Source of the DNA: Sphaerodactylus townsendi
Lineage: Eukaryota
Length of the DNA: 64,000 nucleotides
Direction of reading: 5' to 3'
NCBI RefSeq assembly: GCF_021028975.2
Contig: NC_059437.1
Span: 31,744,001 to 31,808,000, forward strand
The notes beneath the pieces were generated by a model. The model was not told where the DNA came from, did no database searches, and saw nothing but the letters and a program-made list of their open reading frames with translations. Position numbers and translations under genes: made by a program. This document shows positions 1 through 10,900 of this stretch, one piece after another (position 1 is the stretch's first letter; every line of letters starts with the position of its first letter).

Positions 1-380
1 GTGCACGCACGTTCCGGGGCGGCGCTATGTATTGCGGCGCCGCGGCGCTGGGGGGAGAAGAGAGTGGCGGTTCCGCTAAGGCGGTTCTGGGTGTGAGAAA
101 GACCGTCATCGTCCCCGCTACGAGCGCCCGCTATGTCTGAGGCGGCGGTGGCCGATACGCGGCGCCTCAACTCGAAGCCGCAGGATTTGACGGACGCCTA
201 CGGGCCGCCTAGCAACTTCCTAGAGATCGATATCTTCAATCCGCAGACCGTGGGCGTCGGTCGGGCCCGCTACACCAGCTATGAGCTCCGCATGAGAGTG
301 CGTGAGGAGAACGAGGGGGGAGCGCAGGGGGCGGGGCTACAGCGCGTGAGGGGTGTGGCCTGACTTTCCCTGGCTGGAGG
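1..380 (+). promoter_or_regulatory. CpG island / promoter and first exon of SNX12
   Basis: Very GC- and CpG-rich stretch around the SNX12 ATG at 133. Confidence 0.75.
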
Positions 381-3300
381 AAGTGGGGTGGGTGGAGGGC
401 GCCCCTGGATGTTCTTCCTCCTTGGGAAAAGCACCGTGCGGTTAGAAAGTTAGGTCAAGAGGGGGGCTGTTTGCAGAACTGGCTTTCTGCATTCGGTTAC
501 TTTTTATTTTTAAAATGCAGTTCCAAATTGTTGTTGTTTTGCCTTGCCTGGCTGAAGTGGTGGAGTCCATTCTATCTTGCCATATTCCTGCTTTTCTTGC
601 ATGTGTGAACATTTCTTAGATTTCCTGTTCGTGTCACACAAAGATGCTCTACGTGGTGGCGCCTATGGCACTCCAGTTGTTCATGGACTACAACTCCCAT
701 CAGCCCCTGCCAGCATGTAGTCCATGAACATCTGGAGTTCCATAGGTTCGCCACCACAGCAGGGCAGGAGTATGAGAGTTTTTACTCTGTTGGAAAGAGA
801 GGATTTATGAGATGGAGTAGTGTGGTTTCTCTCCATATTTCTTGCCTCTCACTATGTTTATGAATTCATAAGGAGCACTGCTGGGGGGCATGCACGTATG
901 ATGTACAAAGACTGTTCTTGTAGGGTTTAGTTACAGCTGAGGATGGGACTTAAGACGTGTTAAACCAGACTCTTCTGGGTTTTTTAAGAGTCTTATTCTG
1001 AAATTTTTGCACCAACAACTTATTTTGAATGGTCACAGAGTAGCTTCTAAGTCTCCTTGGTATTCTGTCTTGCTATGAGAAGCCTGGAATTAGAGCTTCT
1101 CTTGAGCACAGTCAGAGCAATTCTTGTAGCCTTCTTCTATAAATGAACAACTGTAAAATGGGCTAGTTGCGTGGTAGTTCCGCCACCTTTTGTGCTCAGG
1201 GCCCGAGACTGGTCTTGTTCCTGCTACTGTTAGGCTAGCACAGGGGTAGGGAACCTGCGGCTCTCCAGATGTTCAGGAACTACAATTCCCATCAGCCCCT
1301 ACCAGCATGGCCAATTGGCCATGCTGACAGAGGCTGATGGGAATTGTAGTTCCTGAACATCTGGAGAGCCGCAGGTTCCCTACCCCTGGGCTAGCAGAAT
1401 GTCTTATGACTTCTTTCTACACAAAGCATCTCAGGCCTTGTCCCAAAGATTGCAGTTAAGTCTGCAACAGATGTGACAGCTGTTTGTTTTTAGAAGTACA
1501 AATCTATTCCCTAAAATGTTCAAGGCTGAGGTACCAAGAACTTGTGAGTCAGCTGATAGACTTGAAATTTGTGCAGAATACACAATTTGTCGTGGAAATG
1601 AAAGGTCCATACTCTCTCAGCGTAGTAGTAATTTGTTTCTGGTAGCCACGGAGACTGCTCTATAGAGGCAAAGTATGTTCATTCCATACCTACACCCCAT
1701 TAAGAGGACTTTATAGAGGATATATAGCAATTGGTCCTTGGAGAGCATTTGTGGCAATTACCCTGTTTCAACCCAAGATGATGATGCAGCCTAGTGCAGT
1801 TTTGAGAAATGCACTTCTGCCTTTCTGTTGCAACAGTACTTTTACAAACTTGTTACTCATAGGGTGTGTATGTGGTTTACTTACACAATTTGAAAATGGC
1901 ATAATAAACTTAAGGCAATCAGCAATAGATAGGACACAACCAAGATCACGGTAGCCCCAAGTCTCAAAATAATGCATCAGAAACTCCAAAAACTTATCCA
2001 CTCCAAAATAATCCTCTGTAGTGGAGGTGATTGGAGGAGAATCTTGACTAGATATCTAAAGGAAAGGAGTGCGTGGGCAAGCTAGGCTTCTTTCTCAGTT
2101 ATTAAAGTAGCTGCCCAGGGCATTATGGTGTGACCTGAGCAGAAGATATAAGATGATGGGTATGTTCACATGCATGGAGGAAGTACCATTGTTACTCTGG
2201 CCCAAGCCTTTTAGGTATTAACTCATCCCCTATTACTCTGAATCAGGTCCAGAAAAAGTCTGCAAACCAGTGAAGATGATTAATTTCAGAATTACATCCC
2301 CGACAGTGGGTTCATGTTAATAATTTTGCTGCTGTATTCTGCACCAACACAATTTCTGAATTCCTTCAAAGGCAGTACGGAGACTATGCAACATTAATCT
2401 AATCTGTGTATCACAAGGCCTGTATTAGTGTTGTCATATCTGGCATGAAGAAGCTTTTTCTGCTGGTTGCCAGAACTAAAAGTAAGCTGATAATAATATC
2501 TGTGGATCCTAGATACTCATAACTTAGCCTTGCTCTAATTGCTTGCATAACATATAAACAGAAAGAACTGAAAATTAATTTTTAATATGTCTCTGTGTTT
2601 TGCTCTTGGTAATTGCCTTCTCTGTGGTCTTCTGTGCCCTTCTGTGCCAAGGAAAGCAGTACATGTGCCACTGGGCTGTAGCGCTGCATGTATTGTAGAG
2701 TGAACGGAATGATTTGTAAAGCAGCTGCTGAGTGTTATGTGTCTTCTTGCAGACAAATCTACCCATTTTCAAACTGAAAGAGTCTTGTGTGAGACGACGA
2801 TATAGTGACTTTGAGTGGCTGAAAAATGAGCTGGAGCGTGACAGTAAGGTGAGTGCAAGGGAGCATCTACTGGATGTAGTCCTTGACCTTAACTACAGAA
2901 TAGATACATATGTGTCACCTTCCATCTGCCACAGAAATACTCTCTTTTGTCAGTTAATCTATAGTTTCGATGGTTTAAGATTCTGTTCTCTCTGCTTCCA
3001 GATTGTAGTGCCTCCACTTCCTGGCAAAGCCTTGAAACGCCAGCTTCCCTTCCGAGGAGATGAGGGCATCTTTGAGGAGTCTTTCATAGAAGAAAGAAGA
3101 CAGGGCTTAGAACAGTTCATAAACAAGTAAGATGCACACTGGTGTTCACTTTTTAGGGAAGTGGAACACTGGGAGAAAGGAAATAAGTTGAGTCCAAGTC
3201 TCACAGCACAGCCAACATGTGCATCACCGCTATTTTGCTAGTGGAAGTGGCCATTGCCAAGTGAACTATAAATATTTATCTTGTACACAAAAGGTTATCT

Positions 3301-3836
3301 TATGAGGACTGATTCTGTGTGACACAGATTGGTAGAAGCTTGACTTTAAAAAATCAGTTCCTTCTCATTGCTTCTGTTATCAGCAATTTAGGGCATATCA
3401 AGTGTTGCTATGGCAATGCCCCTTCCCTCTGAATTCATGCCAGCATGCTGGCATGGGCTGATGGGAATTGCGATCCATGAACATCTGGAGAGCCACAGGC
3501 TGCAGACCCCTGCTCTAGAGGCTGATGTATTTCTGCCCCCCCTTTCCCCCCCAGAACCTGGAAATTGGGGTAGTACAGGATTATCTTCTGACCATGTTTT
3601 GTGAAGTCCAAAATCAGATATCTTTCCCCAAGAGTTTCTGTGTTTGCCAACATTTTTTGGGAGGGTCAAGGTCAGATATAACCACAATGAAGACCTACTG
3701 AAACCTAACCACCTTCTTGATTTTTCCTGGCAGAATCGCTGGACACCCGTTGGCACAAAACGAGCGCTGCTTACATATGTTCCTGCAAGAAGAGACCATT
3801 GATAGGAATTACGTCCCAGGGAAAGTTCGCCAGTAG
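133..3836 (+). CDS. SNX12: Sorting nexin-12 (PX domain), 162 aa; exons 133-297, 2753-2848, 3002-3126, 3734-3836
   Basis: Spliced translation MSEAAVADTRRLNSKPQDLTDAYGPPSNFLEIDIFNPQTVGVGRARYTSYELRMR/TNLPIFKLKESCVRRRYSDFEWLKNELERDSK/IVVPPLPGKALKRQLPFRGDEGIFEESFIEERRQGLEQFINK/IAGHPLAQNERCLHMFLQEETIDRNYVPGKVRQ* is near-identical to recalled vertebrate SNX12; all introns GT-AG with consistent phases; adjacent to SLC7A3 as in human. Confidence 0.97.
652..759. mobile_element. Degenerate palindromic hAT-type MITE
   Basis: gtggtggcg...cgccaccac ends with internal ggactacaactcccatcagcccc; same family as the 46828 copy. Confidence 0.65.
1241..1388. mobile_element. Palindromic hAT-type MITE (148 bp) with 8-bp TSD
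   Basis: caggggtagggaacc...ggttccctacccctg near-perfect inverted repeat; direct repeat ggctagca at 1233-1240 and 1389-1396. Confidence 0.9.
3436..3512. mobile_element. Half copy of the palindromic MITE
   Basis: gggctgatgggaattgcgatccatgaacatctggagagccacaggctgcagacccctg matches one arm of the 52195 element. Confidence 0.7.
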
Positions 3837-5351
3837 GGAGAGTCTGACATTCTCCATTTCTCTCTCTCTCTCTCTCCCCCTGCAAAAATGACATTTATTT
3901 TTACAATGTCCCTTCTGAACCAGCTTCTTCTCTCTGAATCTCCCCACTTGTCCAGTGTTGCCTGCCATGCTGTCCCATTCCACCCCCTTACCAGGCAGCA
4001 GTGTTTGGTTCTGTTGGTCTTTGGTCTCTACATTAAAGGTGAGAATCTCCACCTGTTGCTTGTTGAAAGTGAGCCAAGAACTAGTGTAAGGTATTGCAGC
4101 ATGCATCAGATCTTCTTGTCTCCCCTTGTGCAAAGATGTGGGGAGTTCTGAAGCCTAGGCATTTGTCCCCCTTTCCATGCAGCCACAGACCTCCGATGGT
4201 GAGTAACTGATCTTGAAACTCTTCCCACAGCTATTGTGGATGTTTCTGTGGGTGTTCTTATGGGTACCCTTCATCCCAGAATCACTGGAAAGTAACAAGT
4301 ATCTCCAATCCCTGCTAGGTTGATACTGCAGACCAGATGCTCCCTTATTCAGACCTTGAAAGCTCCCTTAATGAGCAGGAAAAGGTATTCTGAGTTTTTA
4401 GCTGCTGATGCCACTCCTAGGAATGTCTTTAGCTTTGAATCATCCATATCAAGGGGGAATTTTTTATCCAAAGCATGAGGCACCTTGTTGAAAGCCACTG
4501 CACTCCACAGAAGGGAGCCACCCTCCTGCTCCTCCAGATGTGATTAGCCTAGATGCCAGAATCCTACTGAGCAAATAAGATAGCTGGTTTCTTGGGCAAT
4601 TTGACTTTAAAGCCTGCACAGCAGTGTTTCTCCAAGGATTCCTAAGATAGTGGCATAGAAAGTAGTCAAAGCTAAAGTATATTTAAAATACAGATTCTGT
4701 GGCTGCTAAATGTCTTCAGTTATACTTGTTTGCCTCCATTTGTGGCTACAATGTAAACTTCATTTTTATTATTCATCAGCAGTGTATATTAGAAGGCCCT
4801 GCAGTTGCTCTTTAGGTAATCTAAGGAGCTTCTTAAAAGGGCCCCCCTTAATCCTGGATGTTGTGGATGAGGGTGGGTTTGGGGTTACAGACCTCAAAAG
4901 GTGTGTATCTTCTGCTTCTTCCACTACTTGGCATGGGAGAAGATATCAGAGAGCAAGAAAGAACCTTTGTACAAAACTCCATATATGCTTGGGTGGGGGG
5001 AAGAAGGAAAGACAGGAGTAACTCGATACCTAATGTGGGGTTAGGCAGAAAAGAATGTCATCTGGGCTGCCACAGAAAACACTAAGAGAAAAACCTGCCC
5101 AAGCCCAGGGTGGTCGTATCTGTTGCTGGAGAGGTGCTAACTGTTGTGGAACCTTGCTAACTTTTCTGTTTGAAGCAGCCTACTGCTTCCTCCTGGACCA
5201 GTATTAGCTAAGGGTTTTTTAAATCCTTCATTGGTGCACAAGGCTGAAGATCAAAGGCTGTTAATGCTGTGCATATATTCCGATGTGGGGCTTATAATTC
5301 AGCAAACTGTCTTTGGTTTACTGTCTAATGTAATGTCCAAGATTTGTTCAT

Positions 5352-5357
5352 ATTAAA
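5352..5357 (+). terminator. Candidate SNX12 polyadenylation signal (ATTAAA)
   Basis: ATTAAA about 1.5 kb after the stop, followed by a GT-rich tract (tgtgtgtgtatg). Confidence 0.45.
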
Positions 5358-6635
5358 CCACTGTGAAGCCAATATGTGTGTGTATGATCAGCAGTGGTCT
5401 TATCTAAATGTCTCTGGATAGGCCTTGGTGAAGTCAAAGCATCCTAGGGGCTGTTATCTTATAACTACTTTCCATTCTACTCCCACATAACTATGGAATG
5501 CTAGGGAACATTGTAAATGGTATGTAAGGCTGAAATCTTATACAATTTAGGTGAGAAGCCCCATTGTATTCAGTAGGCCTCATGTCTTAAATATGCCCAG
5601 GATTAGACTTTGTGTTCCCATGATAGAGTGCTTGATTATGGGAGAAGCAAAAGGAAAGTCACTTCTGCTCTGGTCTTTAGAAATATAAAGGCCTGTTTAA
5701 ACTAGGATGCCTGTTTTGGGATTTAATTGTAAAAATAATTCAGATTTTTCAAAAGGTGTATGAATGATAATAGAGTTTTGTGTTGTCCATTCTAAAACAG
5801 CCCATTCTTCCTCAAGGTAAATTGGCACTGTAGATCTTATCCTTCTATTGAAAGGCATATGCTCAGTAGAGCTATAGTGTTCCAAGTGACTCCTAAATGA
5901 ATAGGTTCTGAGTCTCTGGAATGTAGTTTAACAAACATGAGAAATTAACCCTGCAAATAATGTGCCCTGTTGTCTCATGTTTCTCTTTCTTTGCCTCCTA
6001 CTATCATGTTGGTGAGAAAAACCATAATGGTATTGGAGTCAAGTGCTAATTGTGGATTGAACTTATTCTGGGATTTCTATGCTGGATGCCAGGCTCAGCT
6101 GTGAGCCATGTAATTAGGAGACAGTTACAAATGAGAAGAGACAGAAGGCAAGAAATATAGCTCCTAGGACAGTTGTGAGACATGGCATCCTTTTTAGAAA
6201 CCAATTACTGGTCCTTATCAATTCATTTGATTTTTTCCTACCTCCTTCAAGTGAGCTCAGGGCAATGTACCTCCCCCCAACCTCCTACCTTGCAACATTG
6301 TTGTGAGAAAGTGAGATACACTAACTCAAGAACATCTGGCGAGCTCTGGGTCAAAGAAAGTGTTCTAAGCTGGGCCTTTCGAGTTCTAACACCACTATAC
6401 CCTTGCATGCTTTTGCTGGGGTATTTAGAGGTGTTTTATTTATTTAAAATATTTATATCACAGGAATATATGATGGATCCTTATATTATAATTATAATGG
6501 ATCAAAGCATTGGTCTGTTAAGGTTAGTATTTTCTACTCAGAGCAACAGTTGCTCTCCAGGGATCTCAGGCTGAAATCTTTCATATCACGCACTACATGA
6601 TCCTTTCAGCTGGAGATGCCGGGCACTGAACCTCG

Positions 6636-7327
6636 TGCTATTTGAACTGGACCCTGAGCGGCGGAAATTAGCATGTTAAAGGGTCTATTCCAAGAGAAAA
6701 AGCAATAGATACCGATTCAAACTAAATGAAATATTTATTTACTAACAATCAGACACACAACTAAAAGTAGACAAAAATTGTTTCTCATCTTTAACACAAC
6801 TATATACATATAACTCCTTCCCTATAAACACATGCATGCACAAAACTGACAATGGGGGAAAGAAAGGAGAGGGAAAATGGGTAATATACTATTTGATTCA
6901 AGGAGGATAATAAGTTAAGAATTGCATATAGAAAGGAAGCTGCATATCTGTCGCAGGGGTGTTCAACTAATGGAAGAAACCTGACTCACATTGCGCAGAC
7001 CTGCGCTTGTCCTTTTATGGGAGAAAAGTCCGTAGTTTGGCATGGGATCTGACCTTTCCAGGCTCAGGACTGGTCCAAGTAATAAAGTTCAAATTTGATT
7101 GGGCAGTTTGAAGAGCAAATAACCTTCACAGGACAGTCCATCCTGCGATAGCTGAAATAGTATCGTTAGGAAGCTTGATACTATCCAATCCGGCCTGTAA
7201 TGGCAATTAAATTAATTACGGGTGGGATTATAAAACAATGAATCAGTTAAGAACGTTAGCAACCACTGCTTTTGTGAATAGTCAAAGTGCTTGTATGCTT
7301 TGAGTTTACCTCTTTTTTCCCCCTCCA
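6636..7327. mobile_element. Possible solo-LTR-like insertion (TG...CA) interrupting an antisense SINE
   Basis: SINE-like sequence ...gggcactgaacctcg stops at 6635 and resumes ggacctt at 7328; the insert starts TG and ends CA; no clear TSD. Confidence 0.35.
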
Positions 7328-7529
7328 GGACCTTTGTGTTTGTAATCTGCCAGCTGAAAGATTGGAGTCTATCCCACAGAAGCTTCTGCCACAATAAATG
7401 TGTTAGTCTGTAAAGTACTGAAAGACTTCCGGCTATAAAAGAGCCCACAGATATCGCGATCTAATTTAATAAATGCAATCCAACGCCTCTTTAGATCAGC
7501 CTGGTTTGCTGCTTCCCTCTTCCTTCCCT

Positions 7530-7900
7530 TTACTTCCGCCCGTTGCTGCTCATCAAGCACCGGCAGCCAACCTCATCCAATCGGAAAAGCCCAGGGCTTC
7601 TTCCCACCATAGATAAAAAGGAAGCACCAGGTTTTTAGTGCCTAGAGAAGAAGGAAGGGAAACCATAGCACGATCAGGCTGGACCTCCGTCCCACCCCTT
7701 GCTGGTCGACAGGTGACCAGCCTTTCTACGATGCTCATTGGAGGAAAGATGGAAGAGGCGCGTTCGAGCGATCTAATAGGCGCAAACTGAGCCAATGGGG
7801 AGCAGGCGCGGAATGCGAAAAAGCGACTGTTGCCTCCAGGGTGGGCCCGGGGTCTTTGAGGCGCCTGAGGGACTAGCGGCCTTGCTTTCGTGGCCGTTAT
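7530..7900 (+). promoter_or_regulatory. TATA-less CpG promoter with three CCAAT boxes and E2F-like sites
   Basis: CCAAT 7577, ATTGG 7737, CCAAT 7792; GGCGCAAA 7779; GGCGCGGAA 7805; directly upstream of ATG 7899. Confidence 0.65.
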
Positions 7901-10900
7901 GAGGCGACGGAGTGGGCTGCAGAGCGCCGGCTCTTTCCTGGAGCCGCTTTCCCAGTTGTGCTTAAGCCCCATGTCCCAGACAGAGCCCGGCCAGGAGGCG
8001 CCCAGCTTCCTCTACCGCAGCTTCTTCGCCCAGGAGTGCGACGCGGTCGTGTCCCAGCTGAGCAGGGCTGCGAATGAGAGGCGGCCGCGTTGCGTCTCGA
8101 CCGTTCAGGATGAGACGCTGACCCCGCTGGAGTCTCCCAGCTCCTTCTTGGAGAGTCCCGACGGCGGTTCTTCACCTCGGCCTGTCCCCGAGCCCGCCTC
8201 TGCCGGCTTTGGCCCGCCTGATCGTTCCGCGGCAGGGCCGTTCAGTGAGCAGAGCCCGAGCCTGGCAGGGGCTTCTCCTGGCGCAGGAGCACAGCCAATC
8301 GCCACGTCCCCTGGCTTCGACCTGGTAGGGGCTTCGTCCAGGCCTGAACGGGAGAAGGACTCGCCACCGCCTAGCGTGGCCAACATCACGTATGACTGCA
8401 TGAGCTCTGGTGGCTCTGCCGACGCCACGTACCTCTGCACCGGGTCCACTTCGCCGGGGAAGAAAGAGATGGCCGTAGACGCAGCGCCCGCCCATCCTGG
8501 CCTGGAGGTTTGTGGGCAGCTGCTGCCCATTGTCACGTCCACCCCCTTGATGGTGCCTCCCCGTTCAAAAGATGCACCCCCGACAACAGAAGGCCCCCTG
8601 AATAGGGAAGGCTCCGCGCCAGACTCCTGGCAAAAGTCTCCGGAAGATCCGCTGCAGGAGGCAACGTTCAGGGTCAGTTTTACATCCAGCCATGAGAGCC
8701 TTCCTGCAGCTGCCAGAAATGGGGCTAACCAGGTGCCTCGTGTTTCTGGTAAGATTCCCCTTGCCAAGAGAAGTCTGGCTCTTAGAGCTCGAGGGGCTCA
8801 AGGCATAGGAGGTCTTCCTAGAGGCACTGGTGTAATGAAGAAAATCCTGCAGTCAGCTGGTGGATACAACTTTCGGAACTTCCTTGGGCCACCAGAGAAA
8901 TCAGGATCAGCCATACAGAGCCAGCCAGTGGTTCAGGTGAGCAGTAGCCAGGAGGCACTGTGGTATTACCTACCTATTCTGTTTAGTGCATGGGCACGCA
9001 CAAAAAAAATTCAAAAGACCAAGAGAGTTATTATTGTTCCTGCTTCCCTCTGAAAATCGTCCTTTTTGTAAGACATGTATTGGTTTAGCTGGGAGAGGGT
9101 CAAATTCCCACTCACTCATGAACCTCATTGAGTGACCTTTGGCCAGTCATCCTCATCCTGACATGTCAGACAGGATTCTTAGGGTACAATGGAAAGTGTA
9201 GGACCAAGCAGATTTCCATGGGTACCCAGGAGAAAGAGCAGGATAAACATGCTGATGGGCTAATGCGTGGAAAGTAGCCTGTGCCACCTAAGCAGCTTCC
9301 CTGGCGTGCTCTCACTGAACACACAAAGCTGTCTAATGGATTTTTTATTCCAATATATGTGATTAAGTCTTCTCATAAAAGTTTTGTATATAGGAATTAA
9401 TCTGAAGATTAGAACGTCTGTAGCTGGATCTGTGGCTAATTGTCCACAAATGGGAAGTTTCAAGGTCTCTTTCTAGCTAATTTTTAAATACTTATGGTAG
9501 TGGTCATGGTAGAGAGGGATTTTCCCCGCCAGTGGAAGGGAGATTTAGATTACAAGATATATATATATACTGAAAATCTGATTGATTTACTACATGTATT
9601 AGGGGACTACTGATTGCTAGAAGCTCTGAGTCGTTGTGAGAGCTGCTTGATATAATCTGTGATAAAACTAAATAAGTTGTGTTCTCCAGAGAAACTTTTC
9701 CTGGACAGGTGTCTTTTATCTGAGCATTGAGGAAGTAGTGGTGGTCTCTTTTTTGTAGCCGAGGAGTTCTCTGAGAGTGCTGAAGCCCTCTTCCGAGAGC
9801 CACTGTTTCACAAACCTTATTGATAAACACAGGATCATCACCTTTACTAATTAGCCATGATTTACATATAAAGTGCACATAAAGAGGCGGATGGCCTCTT
9901 ATTTGATCTGTGTAAACTTTAGGGTGCTCATGCAGCTCTATATCAAATAAGAAGTCAGCTTCAGTCTTGCGTTCAGAACCTGTGTTCAGACTTTATGGCT
10001 GCCAAGAATTATTTGCATGGTTTGATCTGGTGGCTTTTGCACTTAACTACTTTCAATCACTAGCTGCCAGAACTAAACTTTAGAATAGGTTGTTAGTTAT
10101 ATTTGTACAGAAAGGTTTGTCTGCATTGCCAAATATTTAACATTTATCCAGGATACAACTCAAAACCAAGTTGGTGATTTAAGTAATTTCTCTTTGATGG
10201 AAGCCTTTAATCTTCTCTGAATTCATCATATGCTGTTGGCATTGCAGGATGGGAGATACAGAAATATTCTGTTTCCTCTGTGGTCACGGGAAATACAGAT
10301 CATTCCTCATTGTGTTTCTGTTTCCTGTCTCTGACACTGAGCAGAATATATCTAATTTCGTGATTTACAAATGATAATGAAAGGCCCTTGGAAGCCTATG
10401 TTAATGAGCTGCTATTTGGACAATGGGACATTTCTGCACTTTCTTTGGTATTGAGTTGATTGTGTAATTGTTAAGGGTGTCGGATCCCTGTTCTTGCCAT
10501 GGAAGCTTGCTGGGTGACCAGGGGTCAATCACAGCCTAATGGTCTTACAGTGTTGTTGGGAGGATAAAATGGAGGAGAGCATATTATTGTTGGCTGCTTT
10601 GGGTTCTTACTGGGGAGAAAAGTAGAGTATAAATGAATTAAATTTTTTAAATTGTTCTGTAATTCTATTTTCTGACGCATTATATATCATATATTATATA
10701 TCATATATTCTGATGCATTTTATATAATATATTATGGTCTGTGATTAAATATTTAAATGTTCTTAGAAGTGTTAAATCATTCTAATGTTGGTGTTTGGAA
10801 GTATAGAGAGGGTGATGGATTCACATCAGACTTCTTTTAAGGCCCATCTAATACTTGGGTCTTATATCATGTAGAAACTCCTGCCTGATGAGATAACAAA

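Noticed and set aside
1241-1388. Long hairpin as a miRNA gene
   Set aside because: The 8-bp TSD and multiple dispersed copies identify it as a MITE.
8105-8767. 220-aa minus-strand ORF and smaller overlapping ORFs
   Set aside because: Antisense shadow of the GC-rich first exon of the unnamed gene; no splice or domain support.
8937-9053. 3' end of the 387-aa ORF as a single-exon gene
   Set aside because: A strong donor CAG|gtgagc at 8936 and compatible downstream exons indicate read-through into the intron.
9759-9854. Possible exon PRSSLRVLKPSS...TFTN* after a good acceptor
   Set aside because: No convincing donor before the stop; cannot be supported without transcript data.
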